Positions 1-9,461 of a DNA stretch of 32,000 nt are shown here, piece by piece (within the stretch, counting starts at the first letter, position 1; every line of letters starts with the position of its first letter). The notes beneath the pieces are model-generated. The model did not search any database. It was given only the letters and a program-made list of their open reading frames with translations, and was not told the DNA's origin. Source of the stretch: an archaeon (GTDB taxonomy: Archaea > Iainarchaeota > Iainarchaeia > Iainarchaeales > 1-14-0-10-31-34); assembly GCA_024277355.1 (NCBI GenBank), contig JAJRVL010000004.1, forward strand, positions 30,001-62,000, in the 5' to 3' direction. The position numbers were made by a program, and so were the translations under genes.

Positions 1-2
1 TA

Positions 3-359
3 ATAGTTTTTATTGTAAAAATTTTAAGTGAAAAATTAAATCAAAATTTTTTATCCAGCAAATTAAATCTGGCAGTTATTATGGGGCAGACTTTAGACGG
101 TGTTGCAACTTTTACTGCATTAACTTTCTTTTCTTCTTATAGTGAACAGCATGTTTTTTCTGATTTGATTATTCAAAATTTTTCTCCTGCTGCATTTATT
201 TTAGTTAAAGTCATTTTGTCAATTCTTGTTTTATGGTATGTTGACAAAGAAGTTGAAGACGAAAAATTAAGAAACTTCATTAAAATTTTTGTAATTATAA
301 TTGGTTTTGCTCCGGGAATAAGAGATGCTTTTAGTTTAGGATTAACTACTCTTCCATAA
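3..359 (+). CDS. Integral membrane protein, C-terminal part (5' end lies outside the window); DUF63-like
   Basis: Reading frame is open from nt 3 to TAA at 357-359, so the Met at 81 in the ORF track is probably internal. Hydrophobic helices are present (AAFILVKVILSILVLWYV, IFVIIIGFAPG). The LDGVATF...SEQHVFS segment recalls archaeal DUF63 membrane proteins (recognition from memory, weak). Confidence 0.5.
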   Translation: MVFIVKILSEKLNQNFLSSKLNLAVIMGQTLDGVATFTALTFFSSYSEQHVFSDLIIQNFSPAAFILVKVILSILVLWYVDKEVEDEKLRNFIKIFVIIIGFAPGIRDAFSLGLTTLP

Positions 360-395
360 AATAAATCTGAAATTAAAATTGAAAATAAAAATAGA

Positions 396-416
396 GGAAA
401 GAAACTAATTCTTTCC
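396..416. terminator. Stem-loop between two convergent genes (possible bidirectional terminator)
   Basis: GGAAAGAA-ACTAA-TTCTTTCC forms an 8-bp perfect stem with a 5-nt loop and A/T runs on both sides. It lies between the stop of the + gene (359) and the stop of the - gene (438). Confidence 0.35.
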
Positions 417-437
417 CTTAAAAAATTACTTTATTAT

Positions 438-554
438 TTATCGTTTTTTCTTTTTTTTGGTTGTTTTCTTTTTAGTAACTTTTTTCTTTTTAGTCACTTT
501 CTTTTTTTTGGTTGTTTTCTTTTTAGTTGTTTTCTTTTTCTTTTTTGCTGCCAT
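438..554 (-). CDS. 38-aa polylysine/threonine micro-protein (MAAKKKKKTTKKKTTKKKKVTKKKKVTKKKTTKKKKKR)
   Basis: Absent from the ORF track (too short). ATG (rc of 552-554) is preceded by AAGGAGGT (rc of 562-569) with a 7-nt spacer; TAA is the rc of 438-440. It contains an exact 27-nt internal duplication (450-476 = 501-527, 51-nt = 17-codon period). Confidence 0.55.
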   Translation of the reverse strand: MAAKKKKKTTKKKTTKKKKVTKKKKVTKKKTTKKKKKR

Positions 555-651
555 AAATTTAACCTCCTTTTATAAAAAAATTTATTTAACAAAATAAAGG
601 TTTTATAATATTTAAATGTTTTGTTTTAAATGTAATTTTAGAGGGTAAAAA

Positions 652-1413
652 ATGTTTTTTTTAATTGGAATCGGGCTGAAAAAAAATAATTTAACTTTAG
701 AAGCGCAAAAAAAAATAAAAAAATGCAAAAAAGTTTTTTTAGAATCATATACAAGTATTTATTCAGAAGGAAAAATTTCTGAATTAGAAAAAGAAACCGG
801 AAAAAAAATAATTTTTCTTGAAAGAAAACAAGTTGAAGAAAAAACTGAAATCTTTTCTTCTGCAAAAAAAGAAGATATTGCTTTGCTGGTTTATGGAAAT
901 CCTTTAAGTGCAACAACGCATCTTTCTTTAATTTCAGAATTAAAAGAAAAGAAAATTCCTTTTAAAATCATCCCGGGAATTTCAGTTTTTAATTTTATTT
1001 CTTTTACTGGATTACAGGAATACAAATTTGGAAAAACAGTTTCAGTTGTTTTCCAGAGGGAAAATTATGCTCCTGAATCATTTTTTAGTTCAATTGAAAA
1101 AAACAAGTTAATAGGACTGCACACTTTATGTCTGCTTGACATTGAAGCAAAAGAAAAAAAGTATATGAAAATAAATGAAGCATTAAATATTCTTGAATCA
1201 ATTGAAAGGAAAAAAGAAAAAAGAATTATTTCTGAAAGCGTTTTAATAGGCATTGCAAGAGCAGGTTCAGATAAAATGAAAATAAAAGCAGGAACTTTAA
1301 ATGAATTAAAGAAATTTGATTTTGGAAAACAACCTCATTCGTTAATTGTGTGCGGAAAACTAAGTGAAGATGAAAAAGAGTTTTTAAGAATTTTTTCTGA
1401 CTGGGAAGAATAA
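652..1413 (+). CDS. dph5: Diphthine synthase (EF-2 diphthamide biosynthesis methyltransferase)
   Basis: N-terminal FLIGIGL, VFLESYTS and LVYGNPLSATTH motifs of the tetrapyrrole-methylase-fold Dph5 family. Length is 253 aa. This is an archaeal/eukaryal-only enzyme. Confidence 0.92.
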   Translation: MFFLIGIGLKKNNLTLEAQKKIKKCKKVFLESYTSIYSEGKISELEKETGKKIIFLERKQVEEKTEIFSSAKKEDIALLVYGNPLSATTHLSLISELKEKKIPFKIIPGISVFNFISFTGLQEYKFGKTVSVVFQRENYAPESFFSSIEKNKLIGLHTLCLLDIEAKEKKYMKINEALNILESIERKKEKRIISESVLIGIARAGSDKMKIKAGTLNELKKFDFGKQPHSLIVCGKLSEDEKEFLRIFSDWEE

Positions 1414-1472
1414 AAATAGAAGCATAGTAATCAATGAATAAAAAAATTAATGGTATTTTGGAGTGAAAAATA

Positions 1473-1784
1473 ATGACTAAACAAAAAGAATTTAATTTAG
1501 AAAAAAAATTATATGAAAAAGTTGAAAAATATTTTTTGTTGACTGAAAAAGCATTAAATAAAATTGAATTAAAGGAAAATTTAACTGAAAAAGAAAAAAG
1601 CACTGCAGAAGACTTTTTAAGCATGGCAAACAATTATTTTTCTGATGCAAAACATTTTTCTGAAAAAAATGATTTGTTGAATGCTTTAGCTTCTTTGTCT
1701 TATGCTCATGCATGGCTCGATGCAGGAATTCGTTCAGGAATTTTTGATGGAAAAGAAGACGATAAGCTTTTTACTTTAAAGTAA
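1473..1784 (+). CDS. DUF357-family small archaeal protein
   Basis: 103 aa, helical. The C-terminal LSYAHAWLDAGIRSGIF matches the YAxGWLDAG signature I associate with DUF357. GGAGTGA lies upstream of the ATG. Confidence 0.6.
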   Translation: MTKQKEFNLEKKLYEKVEKYFLLTEKALNKIELKENLTEKEKSTAEDFLSMANNYFSDAKHFSEKNDLLNALASLSYAHAWLDAGIRSGIFDGKEDDKLFTLK

Positions 1785-1822
1785 GTTTTTTATATTTCAA
1801 AAGCTTTATTTTAGTGGTTTAA

Positions 1823-2296
1823 ATGAGTATTTATGATGAAACAAAATCAATGTCAATGCCGAAATTTTCTTTTCGTTTTGAAAAATTAAAGTTGCCAATT
1901 ATTGGAGTAATTTTAATTTTAGTTATTGCTTTTTTGATTGTTTCTGGTTCCTCTTTATTTGAACCTGATCCCTTGCTTATTTCATTTGAAAATAATGCTT
2001 TTGATTTAAGCGAAAAAAAATCTTTAGTTATGACTGTAGTAATATTTAATGTTTTGCAAGAAGATGCAGTTGATTCAGTTTTAACTATTAGTCCTGTTGA
2101 TAAAGATTCAGTTTCAATTTTTCCTTCTGAAGTTACTGTTCCTGTTTTAGGCAAAGGAGAATCAAGAAAATTTGATTTTAATTTACGGCCTGTATTTGAG
2201 GAAATTCCTTCAGGTAATTATGAAATAGAAATAAAACTTGTTTCAAATGAAAACACTTTTTCTAAGCGAACTTCAATTTACATTAAAAACAACTAA
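1823..2296 (+). CDS. Membrane-anchored hypothetical protein with a beta-sandwich (CARDB/Ig-like) looking ectodomain
   Basis: Has an N-terminal TM helix (LPIIGVILILVIAFLIVSG). This is followed by alternating beta-type sequence (LTISPV..VTVPVLGKGESRKFDFNL..GNYEIEIKLVS). No enzyme motif is visible. Confidence 0.5.
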   Translation: MSIYDETKSMSMPKFSFRFEKLKLPIIGVILILVIAFLIVSGSSLFEPDPLLISFENNAFDLSEKKSLVMTVVIFNVLQEDAVDSVLTISPVDKDSVSIFPSEVTVPVLGKGESRKFDFNLRPVFEEIPSGNYEIEIKLVSNENTFSKRTSIYIKNN

Positions 2297-2327
2297 TCAA
2301 AAAAAATTATTATAATACTATTTTTAA

Positions 2328-2969
2328 TTAAAACTTTTTTAAAAAATTTATTCCATAACTGCATTCTTTGTTTAACAAGCAAATTTCGCATTTTGGGTTT
2401 CTGGGAAAACATTTTCTTTGTCCAAACTTAACCATTAAATCATTTAATTCAATCCATTTGTTTTCAGGAAAAACTTTCATTAACTTTAATTCAGTTTCTT
2501 CAGGAAGTTTTGTTTTAACTAATCCAATTCTATTTGAAATCCTGTGAACATGAACATCAACTGGGATTGCCGGTTTTTTAAATGAATAAACTAAAACACA
2601 ATTAGCAGTTTTTCTTCCAACGCCTTTTAATGAAACTAATTCATCTAAGGAATCCGGAACTTTTCCTTTAAATCTTTCAATTAATTCAACTGAAATATTT
2701 TTAATTGTTTTAGCTTTAACTCTGTAAAATCCAGAAGCTTTAATTAATTTTTCAATTTCTTTCACAGGAGCTTTAGCTAATTTTGTTGCTGAATTAAATT
2801 TCTTAAATAATTGTTCTGAAGCTTTAGCAGTATTTTCATCTCTTGTCCTTTGACTTAAAACAGTTGAAATCAAAACTTTAAAAGGAGAATTAAAACCAAT
2901 AATTGGTTTGTGTTCTCCGATTTCCTTTTTCAGCAATTTAAGAATTAAATTAATGTTTTTTTTATTCAT
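2328..2969 (-). CDS. nth: Endonuclease III (HhH-GPD DNA glycosylase/AP lyase, 4Fe-4S)
   Basis: SQRTRDE, the HhH LKGVGRKTANCVL with catalytic Lys, and VDVHVHRI are present. The C-terminal cluster is C-x6-C-x2-C-x5-C (CFPRNPKCEICLLNKEC). Confidence 0.93.
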   Translation of the reverse strand: MNKKNINLILKLLKKEIGEHKPIIGFNSPFKVLISTVLSQRTRDENTAKASEQLFKKFNSATKLAKAPVKEIEKLIKASGFYRVKAKTIKNISVELIERFKGKVPDSLDELVSLKGVGRKTANCVLVYSFKKPAIPVDVHVHRISNRIGLVKTKLPEETELKLMKVFPENKWIELNDLMVKFGQRKCFPRNPKCEICLLNKECSYGINFLKKF

Positions 2970-3005
2970 TTAAATCAAAAATTAATTTTTTTTATTTCTT
3001 TTTTT

Positions 3006-3758
3006 TTAAAGCAGATGTTCTCTAATATAAGTAACCCCGTTTCTGAAAATAGATATTCCTTCGCCTTCAAATGGAAGTTCTGTTCTTGTACTTCTTGGAT
3101 CAGAAATAGAATAAATATTTTTTTCTGGATGAGGCATTAAACCAAAAATTCTTCCTGTTTTATCACATAAACCTGCAATTGAATCAGTTGAACCATTAGG
3201 GTTTTTTTCATATTTAAAAACAACTAAATCTTTTTCATATAATTTTTTTAATGTTTCTTCATTCATTACAAGTTTTCCTTCACCGTTATTTATTGGACAA
3301 TAAACTGAATTAATTTCTTTTGTCCAGACACAATGTTTTCCGCCGGAATTTTTTAAGGTAATCCATTCATCCTGAAAATGACCTGAATCATTTGAAATTA
3401 AACTGATTTCCTGCTGAAATAAGTTTCCATTTGCATTAATCAAACCAGATTTAATTAAAGCCTGAAAACCATTGCATATTCCTAAAATTAATTTTTTTGC
3501 TTCAATAAATTCTTTTATTTCTTCTTCTAAATTATATTTTATTTTATTTGCAAGAATTCTGGCAGAACTAATATAATCTCCGTCAGCAAATCCTCCCGGA
3601 ATAACTAAAGCATGAAAATCATTTAACAAAACTTCTTTTCTTATTAAAGAATTAATATGAACTGCTTTTGCTTCCGCACCTAAATAATTAAATACATTTA
3701 CTGTTTCATTATCGCAGTTTATTCCTGCTGTCCTTAAAACTAAAATTTTTGGATTCAT
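3006..3758 (-). CDS. purQ: Phosphoribosylformylglycinamidine synthase, glutaminase subunit
   Basis: Nucleophile motif LGICNGFQAL and the His/Glu pair in MPHPE are present. The ATG lies 1 nt after the purL TGA (TGAAATG). Confidence 0.93.
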   Translation of the reverse strand: MNPKILVLRTAGINCDNETVNVFNYLGAEAKAVHINSLIRKEVLLNDFHALVIPGGFADGDYISSARILANKIKYNLEEEIKEFIEAKKLILGICNGFQALIKSGLINANGNLFQQEISLISNDSGHFQDEWITLKNSGGKHCVWTKEINSVYCPINNGEGKLVMNEETLKKLYEKDLVVFKYEKNPNGSTDSIAGLCDKTGRIFGLMPHPEKNIYSISDPRSTRTELPFEGEGISIFRNGVTYIREHLL

Positions 3759-3759
3759 T

Positions 3760-6174
3760 TCACCACTTCAATGTTTTTTTCCATGCTTTTTTTAATTCAC
3801 TTAAATCAGAATTAATTATTTTTTCTTCATTTAATCCAGTTACTTCCATGTTTTCGTTTCCTGAAACAAAACCTATTTCAGAAAAAATGCTTCCCTGCAT
3901 TATTGATTCAAATTTATCTTTAAATTTAAACGGCACTTCAACTAAAATTCTTGAATTTGATTCAGAAAACAATAAAACCGAATTTGATTTTTCTTTTTCA
4001 TTTCCTTCAAAAAATATTTTTCTTAAATCAATTTTTATTCCAAGCATTCCTCCAAAAGCCATTTCAGCTACTGCTACAGCTAAACCCCCTTCGCTGCAAT
4101 CATGCATTGAACGAATAATTCTTTCTGAATTCTTTTCTCCAATTAAAGTTAATTCACTTAATTTTTCATAAGCTTTTCTTGCTTCAATTGCATTAACTTC
4201 AGGCGCATTTTTTCCTGTTTTATTCTGTAATTTTAAAAAATGACTTCCGCCTAACTCGTTTTTTGTTGCACCTACAAGATAAATCAAATTATTTTTTTCT
4301 TTTAAATCCATTGAAATTCTTTTTAAAGCATTAGGCATTACTCCTACAGCTGAAATTAATAAAGTTGAAGGAATAGAAATTGTTTTGTCATTTAATTTAA
4401 ATTCATTGTAAAAAGAATCCTTACCTGAAATAAAAGGAGTCTTAAAAATTAAAGCAGTTTCCCTGCAGGCAATACTGCTTCTCACTAAATCAGCTAATTT
4501 TTTTTCTGAAGGGGAACCCCAGCAAAAATTATCTAATAATGCAATATGATTTATTTGTCCTCCGACACAAATTAAATTTCTTATAGCTTCATCTATTGCT
4601 GATTCAGCCATAGCATAACAATCAATATCTCCATACAAAGGATTAATTCCATTTGAAACACAAACGCCTTCATTTGATTCAAATAAAGGTTTAATTACTG
4701 AAGCATCGCTAGGACTATCATTTTCTTTTCCCATTAAAGGCTTAATAACTGAAGTTCCCTGAACTTCATGATCATACATTCTGATTGTAGTTTCTTTTGA
4801 AGCAATATTAGGCATTGCAAGAAGTTTTAATAAAACTTCATCAAATACTTCTGGTTCATTAAATTCTTCAGTTAATTCTTTTTCTTTCCAAACTGCATTT
4901 TTTTCAATTCTCGGAAAACCATTATGTAGAAACTCCATTTCTATGTCAATTATTTTTTCTTCTTCAAAAAACACTTCTAGTTTTTTTGTGTCAGTAAATT
5001 CTCCTAACACAACTGCTTCAACATCTTCTTTTTCACTTAACTCTAAAAATTCTTTTACGTTTTCTTCTGGAACACTTAAAATCATTCTTTCTTGCGCTTC
5101 ACTAATCCAGATTTCCCACGGTTTTAATCCTTTATATTTTAATGGTGCTTTTTCTAACTGAACAATACAGCCTAATTCTTCTGCCATTTCTCCTATAGCA
5201 GAACTAAATCCTCCTGCACCGCAGTCAGTAATACAATTATATAATCCTTTATCTCTTGCCTGTAATAAAACATCAGTCATCTTTTTTTCTTCTATTGGAT
5301 TTCCTATCTGAACAACAGTTGAAGCAGTTTCTTCATTTAATTCAGTTGAAGAAAAAGTTGCTCCATGAATTCCATCTCTTCCGGTTTTTCCGCCAATTGC
5401 AACAATTTTGTTTCCTTTTAATGCTTTTTTTTCATGCATGCCTTTAGGAATTAAACCTATTGTCCCGCAGTAAACTAAAGGATTTCCTAAATACCTGTCA
5501 TCAAATAATATTGCACCATTAATTGTTGGAATTCCCATTCTGTTTCCATAATCTCTTACTCCTGCTCTTACTCCTTTAAAAATTCTTTTTGGATGCAGTA
5601 AGTTTTCAGGCATTTCTTCTTTTTTTAAATCAAAATTTCCAAAACAAAATACATCAGTATTAGCTATAGGTTTTGCTCCTAAACCTACTCCTAAAATATC
5701 TCTAATAACTCCTCCAATTCCTGTGTTTGCGCCTCCATAAGGATCTAAAGCTGAAGGATGATTATGAGTTTCAACTTTAAATGCAATATCAAATTCTTCA
5801 TTTAATGAAATTATTCCTGCGTTATCTGAAAAAACTGAAATTAACCAGTTATTGTCTTTCATTAATTTTGTTGTTGTATTTTTGATTGTTTCCTTAAACA
5901 AGTTTTCAAATCTTTTTTCTTTTATTTCTCCATTTAATAAAATTTCTTTGTAATTTATTGCTGAATTAAATATTTTATGTTTGCAGTGTTCGCTCCATGT
6001 TTGAGCTAAAGTTTCTAATTCTGCCTGAGAAGGATTTCTATTTTTGTCTTTAAAATATTCCTGTATTTCTTTCATTTCTTTTTCATTCAAAGACAAAAGC
6101 ATTTTTGAACTAAGTTCTGCTAATTCTTTTTCGTTTAATTCTATTAATTCAATTTCTTGTTTCATAAAAGTCAT
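3760..6174 (-). CDS. purL: Phosphoribosylformylglycinamidine synthase subunit II (small-type PurL)
   Basis: 804 aa with VETHNHPSALDPYGGA and GGKTGRDGIHGATFSS AIR-synthase-like repeats. The start overlaps the purS stop by 4 nt (ATGA). Confidence 0.95.
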   Translation of the reverse strand: MTFMKQEIELIELNEKELAELSSKMLLSLNEKEMKEIQEYFKDKNRNPSQAELETLAQTWSEHCKHKIFNSAINYKEILLNGEIKEKRFENLFKETIKNTTTKLMKDNNWLISVFSDNAGIISLNEEFDIAFKVETHNHPSALDPYGGANTGIGGVIRDILGVGLGAKPIANTDVFCFGNFDLKKEEMPENLLHPKRIFKGVRAGVRDYGNRMGIPTINGAILFDDRYLGNPLVYCGTIGLIPKGMHEKKALKGNKIVAIGGKTGRDGIHGATFSSTELNEETASTVVQIGNPIEEKKMTDVLLQARDKGLYNCITDCGAGGFSSAIGEMAEELGCIVQLEKAPLKYKGLKPWEIWISEAQERMILSVPEENVKEFLELSEKEDVEAVVLGEFTDTKKLEVFFEEEKIIDIEMEFLHNGFPRIEKNAVWKEKELTEEFNEPEVFDEVLLKLLAMPNIASKETTIRMYDHEVQGTSVIKPLMGKENDSPSDASVIKPLFESNEGVCVSNGINPLYGDIDCYAMAESAIDEAIRNLICVGGQINHIALLDNFCWGSPSEKKLADLVRSSIACRETALIFKTPFISGKDSFYNEFKLNDKTISIPSTLLISAVGVMPNALKRISMDLKEKNNLIYLVGATKNELGGSHFLKLQNKTGKNAPEVNAIEARKAYEKLSELTLIGEKNSERIIRSMHDCSEGGLAVAVAEMAFGGMLGIKIDLRKIFFEGNEKEKSNSVLLFSESNSRILVEVPFKFKDKFESIMQGSIFSEIGFVSGNENMEVTGLNEEKIINSDLSELKKAWKKTLKW

Positions 6175-6647
6175 TCCAGTTTCTTAAATTCAAATGATTC
6201 AATTACTTCATTTGCAAGCAATTCTTTTGCAATTCTTTTGATTTGTTTTTCATTTAAATTTCCTGATAAAAAATATTTTTTTGATGTTCTGATATTTTCA
6301 TTTAATTCTTTTCTGAATTCTATTTTAAGTAAATCTTTTACTCCAATTATTGAAGCATTTCCTGTATTATCTGTTACGTTTAAATGTAATTTTACTTCAA
6401 TTAACCAGTCTGCTTTAATCTCTAATTTTTCTGAATTAATTGAATAATTTTGAACTATTGGGTCTGCAAATAACTTGACTGCAATTTTCTGGAGTTGTTC
6501 TTGCATTAAATCAGCATTAATATAATAGCAATTCACAATTTTGACTGAATCAACTTCTATTCCTAAATCAGAAACAATATCATTTTTCACTGAAAAAGAT
6601 TCAGAATCATTTTCTGTTTTAGAAAAAAAAACTTCAATTTTATGCAT
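6171..6647 (-). CDS. purS: PurS, apparently a fused tandem of two PurS domains
   Basis: 158 aa, about twice a normal PurS. Both halves end with the PurS C-terminal signature (KLFADPIVQNYSI at about residue 70; ELLANEVIESFEF at about residue 150). It is operonic with purL/purQ. Confidence 0.8.
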   Translation of the reverse strand: MHKIEVFFSKTENDSESFSVKNDIVSDLGIEVDSVKIVNCYYINADLMQEQLQKIAVKLFADPIVQNYSINSEKLEIKADWLIEVKLHLNVTDNTGNASIIGVKDLLKIEFRKELNENIRTSKKYFLSGNLNEKQIKRIAKELLANEVIESFEFKKLE

Positions 6648-6682
6648 TTTTATCAGTAAAAAAATTAAAGCATGAAATATAT

Positions 6683-7342
6683 TTAAAGAGAATTCACTTT
6701 ATTTACAATTAATTCATTTATTTCTTCTTTTGATTTAAGTTTTTCTCTTAAAACACAGTCTAATTTAACCCATTTTTCTTCTTTTTCACATAATTCAAGA
6801 AAAATATCCCTTACTTTCTTTTGATAACTTAAATCTTTTTCATGAATATCCTTTTTTTCGTTCATATAATCTTTTTGTTTTCTTGAATCCATTAATTTCT
6901 GAGAAAACTCCATTGGAACATCAAGAAAAAAAACTAAATCAGGAGCAGGCATTTTTGATTCAATTTTTTTCAGCCAATCCAAAAACATTTTTTTTTCATT
7001 TTTTTCAGTAAACTTTGCTGTCTGAAAACCAAAATTTGAAGTATAATATCTGTCCATAATTAAAGTAAACCCATTTTTTAATTTTTCTTCAATTTCTTTT
7101 TTTATTTCATATCTATCCAGAGAATAAAGCAGTGAAACAAATTCTTCAGGAATTTCTTCTTTTAAGCCAAACTCTCCTTTTAAGTATTTTGCAATAAGTT
7201 TTCCAAAAAAAGAGTTATATCTTGGAAAAGAATAAAGTTTAGTTTTAATGTTTTTTTCTTTTAATTTTTCTTCCAGTAATGCTGCTTGAGTGGCTTTACC
7301 GCTTGAATCTAATCCTTCAAAAACAATTATTTTTCCTTTCAT
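6683..7342 (-). CDS. tmk: Thymidylate (dTMP) kinase
   Basis: P-loop IVFEGLDSSGKATQ, a DRY motif (MDRYYTSN), and a lid region are present. Length is 219 aa. Confidence 0.9.
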   Translation of the reverse strand: MKGKIIVFEGLDSSGKATQAALLEEKLKEKNIKTKLYSFPRYNSFFGKLIAKYLKGEFGLKEEIPEEFVSLLYSLDRYEIKKEIEEKLKNGFTLIMDRYYTSNFGFQTAKFTEKNEKKMFLDWLKKIESKMPAPDLVFFLDVPMEFSQKLMDSRKQKDYMNEKKDIHEKDLSYQKKVRDIFLELCEKEEKWVKLDCVLREKLKSKEEINELIVNKVNSL

Positions 7343-7395
7343 ACTTTTTTTGTATTCAAATGATTTTTTAACCTTTTTTAACGTAAATTAAACAG

Positions 7396-8700
7396 ATGCC
7401 TAAAAGCAAAACAAAAGAAAGAGAATACCTGAATTTTTTGTTTTCTTCTCATAAAATGGGAACAGTTTTAGGACTAAAAAGAATTCAGTTTTTATTAAAC
7501 AAATTAGGAAACCCTCAAAATTCATTTAAAAGCATTCATATTGCAGGAACAAACGGCAAAGGTTCAACTGCAGCAGTCTTAACTCAAATTTTAATGGAAT
7601 ACGGTTTTAAAACAGGCTTATATACTTCTCCGCATATTAAAAGATTCAGTGAAAGAATCCAGATTAATTCAATTGAAATATCAGATAAAGATTTAATAAC
7701 TGAAATAAAAACAATAAAAAAAATAATTGACAAAGAAAAAGCAATTAACCCTTTATTTGAAATGCCTACTTTTTTTGAATTAGGAGTAGCAATAACTTAT
7801 AATTACTTTAAACGAAAAAAAGTTGATTTTGCAGTAATTGAAACAGGTTTAGGCGGAAGATTAGACGCAACAAATATTTTAAGTCCGGAAATTTCAATTA
7901 TAACAAATATTTCAATTGAACACACAGAATACTTAGGAAAAACAATACCAAAAATTGCATTTGAAAAAGCAGGAATAATTAAATCAAATTCAATTGCAAT
8001 AACATCAGAAAAAAACCCTAAAGCATTAAAAGTAATTAAAACAAAAGCAAAAAAAGAAAAAGTTTTATTACTTGAAACAAAAAAATCATGCAAAACCAAA
8101 AATTATTCTTTTTCTTTAGACAAACAAAAATTTGACTTAGAAATAGAAAAAACAAAAATAAATGGAATTGAATCAAACTTAAAAGGAGAATTCCAGTTAG
8201 ACAATATTTCAACGGCAATTCTTGCATTTAAAAAACTAAATTTAGGGTTTAATAAAATAAAAATAAAAAATGCAGTAAAAAAAGCTTTTATTCCCGGAAG
8301 ATTTCAGGTCTGCTGTAAAAAACCATTAATTATTTTTGATGCAGGTCATAATCCTGCAGGATTCAAAGAAATAAAAAAAACAATTCTTTTAATGAAACAA
8401 AAAAAATTATTTGAAAAATTTAATTTATTAATTGGAGTATCTTCAGACAAAGACATAAAAGAAATAAGCAGAATAATTTTTCCTTCAGCAGATAAAATAA
8501 TTATTTCAAGTGCAAAATACAGAGGAATGCCTATAGAAAAGCTGGCAGAATATGCAGACAAACACAAAAAACCTTTTATTGGCTTTCATGAAACACAAGA
8601 AGCATTTGAATTTGCATTAAGCGAAACAGGAAAAAAAGATTTATTATTAGTTATTGGTTCAGTTTTCTTTTTAGGAGAACTAAAAGTTAATTTATTTTAG
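7396..8700 (+). CDS. folC: Folylpolyglutamate synthase / dihydrofolate synthase
   Basis: Mur-ligase P-loop HIAGTNGKGST, VIETGLGGRLDATN, and the NISIEHTEYLG motif are present. Length is 434 aa. Confidence 0.92.
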   Translation: MPKSKTKEREYLNFLFSSHKMGTVLGLKRIQFLLNKLGNPQNSFKSIHIAGTNGKGSTAAVLTQILMEYGFKTGLYTSPHIKRFSERIQINSIEISDKDLITEIKTIKKIIDKEKAINPLFEMPTFFELGVAITYNYFKRKKVDFAVIETGLGGRLDATNILSPEISIITNISIEHTEYLGKTIPKIAFEKAGIIKSNSIAITSEKNPKALKVIKTKAKKEKVLLLETKKSCKTKNYSFSLDKQKFDLEIEKTKINGIESNLKGEFQLDNISTAILAFKKLNLGFNKIKIKNAVKKAFIPGRFQVCCKKPLIIFDAGHNPAGFKEIKKTILLMKQKKLFEKFNLLIGVSSDKDIKEISRIIFPSADKIIISSAKYRGMPIEKLAEYADKHKKPFIGFHETQEAFEFALSETGKKDLLLVIGSVFFLGELKVNLF

Positions 8701-8736
8701 ATTTATTTAAAGATTTATTTAATTCTGCTTATTTTT

Positions 8737-9369
8737 TTATTCAAATAATTTTCTTCCAATTCTAATCATATTGCTTCCGTTTTTAACAGCAAAAACAAAA
8801 TCATTTGACATTCCCATTGAAAGAAATTCTAAGTAATGTTTTTTCTTTAATTCAACAAAAACTTGTTTTGCTTCAATAAAAAAATCAATGCTTTTTTCAG
8901 GTTCATCAAAAAAAGGAGCCATAAACATTAAACCATTTAATTTAATTAAATTCATTTTACTTACTTCTTCTGCCAACCCAAAAATTTCTTTTTTTGTTAT
9001 TCCTGATTTTTGTTTTTCTCCTAAATTTAATTCAAAAAAAACAGGCATAGTTTTTTCCTGTTCAATACATGCATTATCAATTTTTTTAATTAACTTTAAT
9101 GAATCAACTGACTGAATACAATTAAATAATTCAACTGCTTTTTTTGCTTTATTTGACTGCAAAAACCCAATAAAATGTTTTTCAACTTTAAAATCAAATT
9201 CATTAAACTTTTGTTCAGCTTCCTGAATTCTGTTTTCTCCTATAACTTTAATTCCTGCTTTAACTGCCTGTTTTATTGATTCTGCATTTTGTTTTTTTGT
9301 TGCAGCTAAAACAACAACATTTTCAGGAATTTCAGTTAAAATTTTATTTAAATTTTCTTTTATTGTCAT
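8737..9369 (-). CDS. yggS: YggS-family pyridoxal-phosphate-binding (PLP homeostasis) protein
   Basis: LAATKKQ (PLP Lys), IGENRIQEA, FIGFLQSNK, and SMGMSNDF motifs are present. Length is 210 aa. Confidence 0.88.
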   Translation of the reverse strand: MTIKENLNKILTEIPENVVVLAATKKQNAESIKQAVKAGIKVIGENRIQEAEQKFNEFDFKVEKHFIGFLQSNKAKKAVELFNCIQSVDSLKLIKKIDNACIEQEKTMPVFFELNLGEKQKSGITKKEIFGLAEEVSKMNLIKLNGLMFMAPFFDEPEKSIDFFIEAKQVFVELKKKHYLEFLSMGMSNDFVFAVKNGSNMIRIGRKLFE

Positions 9370-9461
9370 TTAATCCAGTTAAATTCTGATTAAACTAAAT
9401 TAAAAAAGCTTACTATGCTTATAATTTATTAGTATTAATAAATCATTTACGGGGTGTATAA

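Noticed and set aside
1226-1633. 135-aa minus-strand ORF (and similar track ORFs 638-916, 1065-1253, 1492-1713, 1831-2154)
   Set aside because: These are antisense shadows of dph5, DUF357 and the membrane-anchored protein. Their F/L/S/I-rich low-complexity translation is what antisense of K/E-rich AT-rich coding sequence produces. They have no RBS and no motifs.
3749-4171. 140-aa plus-strand ORF and other ORFs antisense to purL/purS (4943-5161, 5256-5447, 6157-6447)
   Set aside because: They lie completely inside the strongly supported purL/purS genes on the opposite strand and have no recognisable features.
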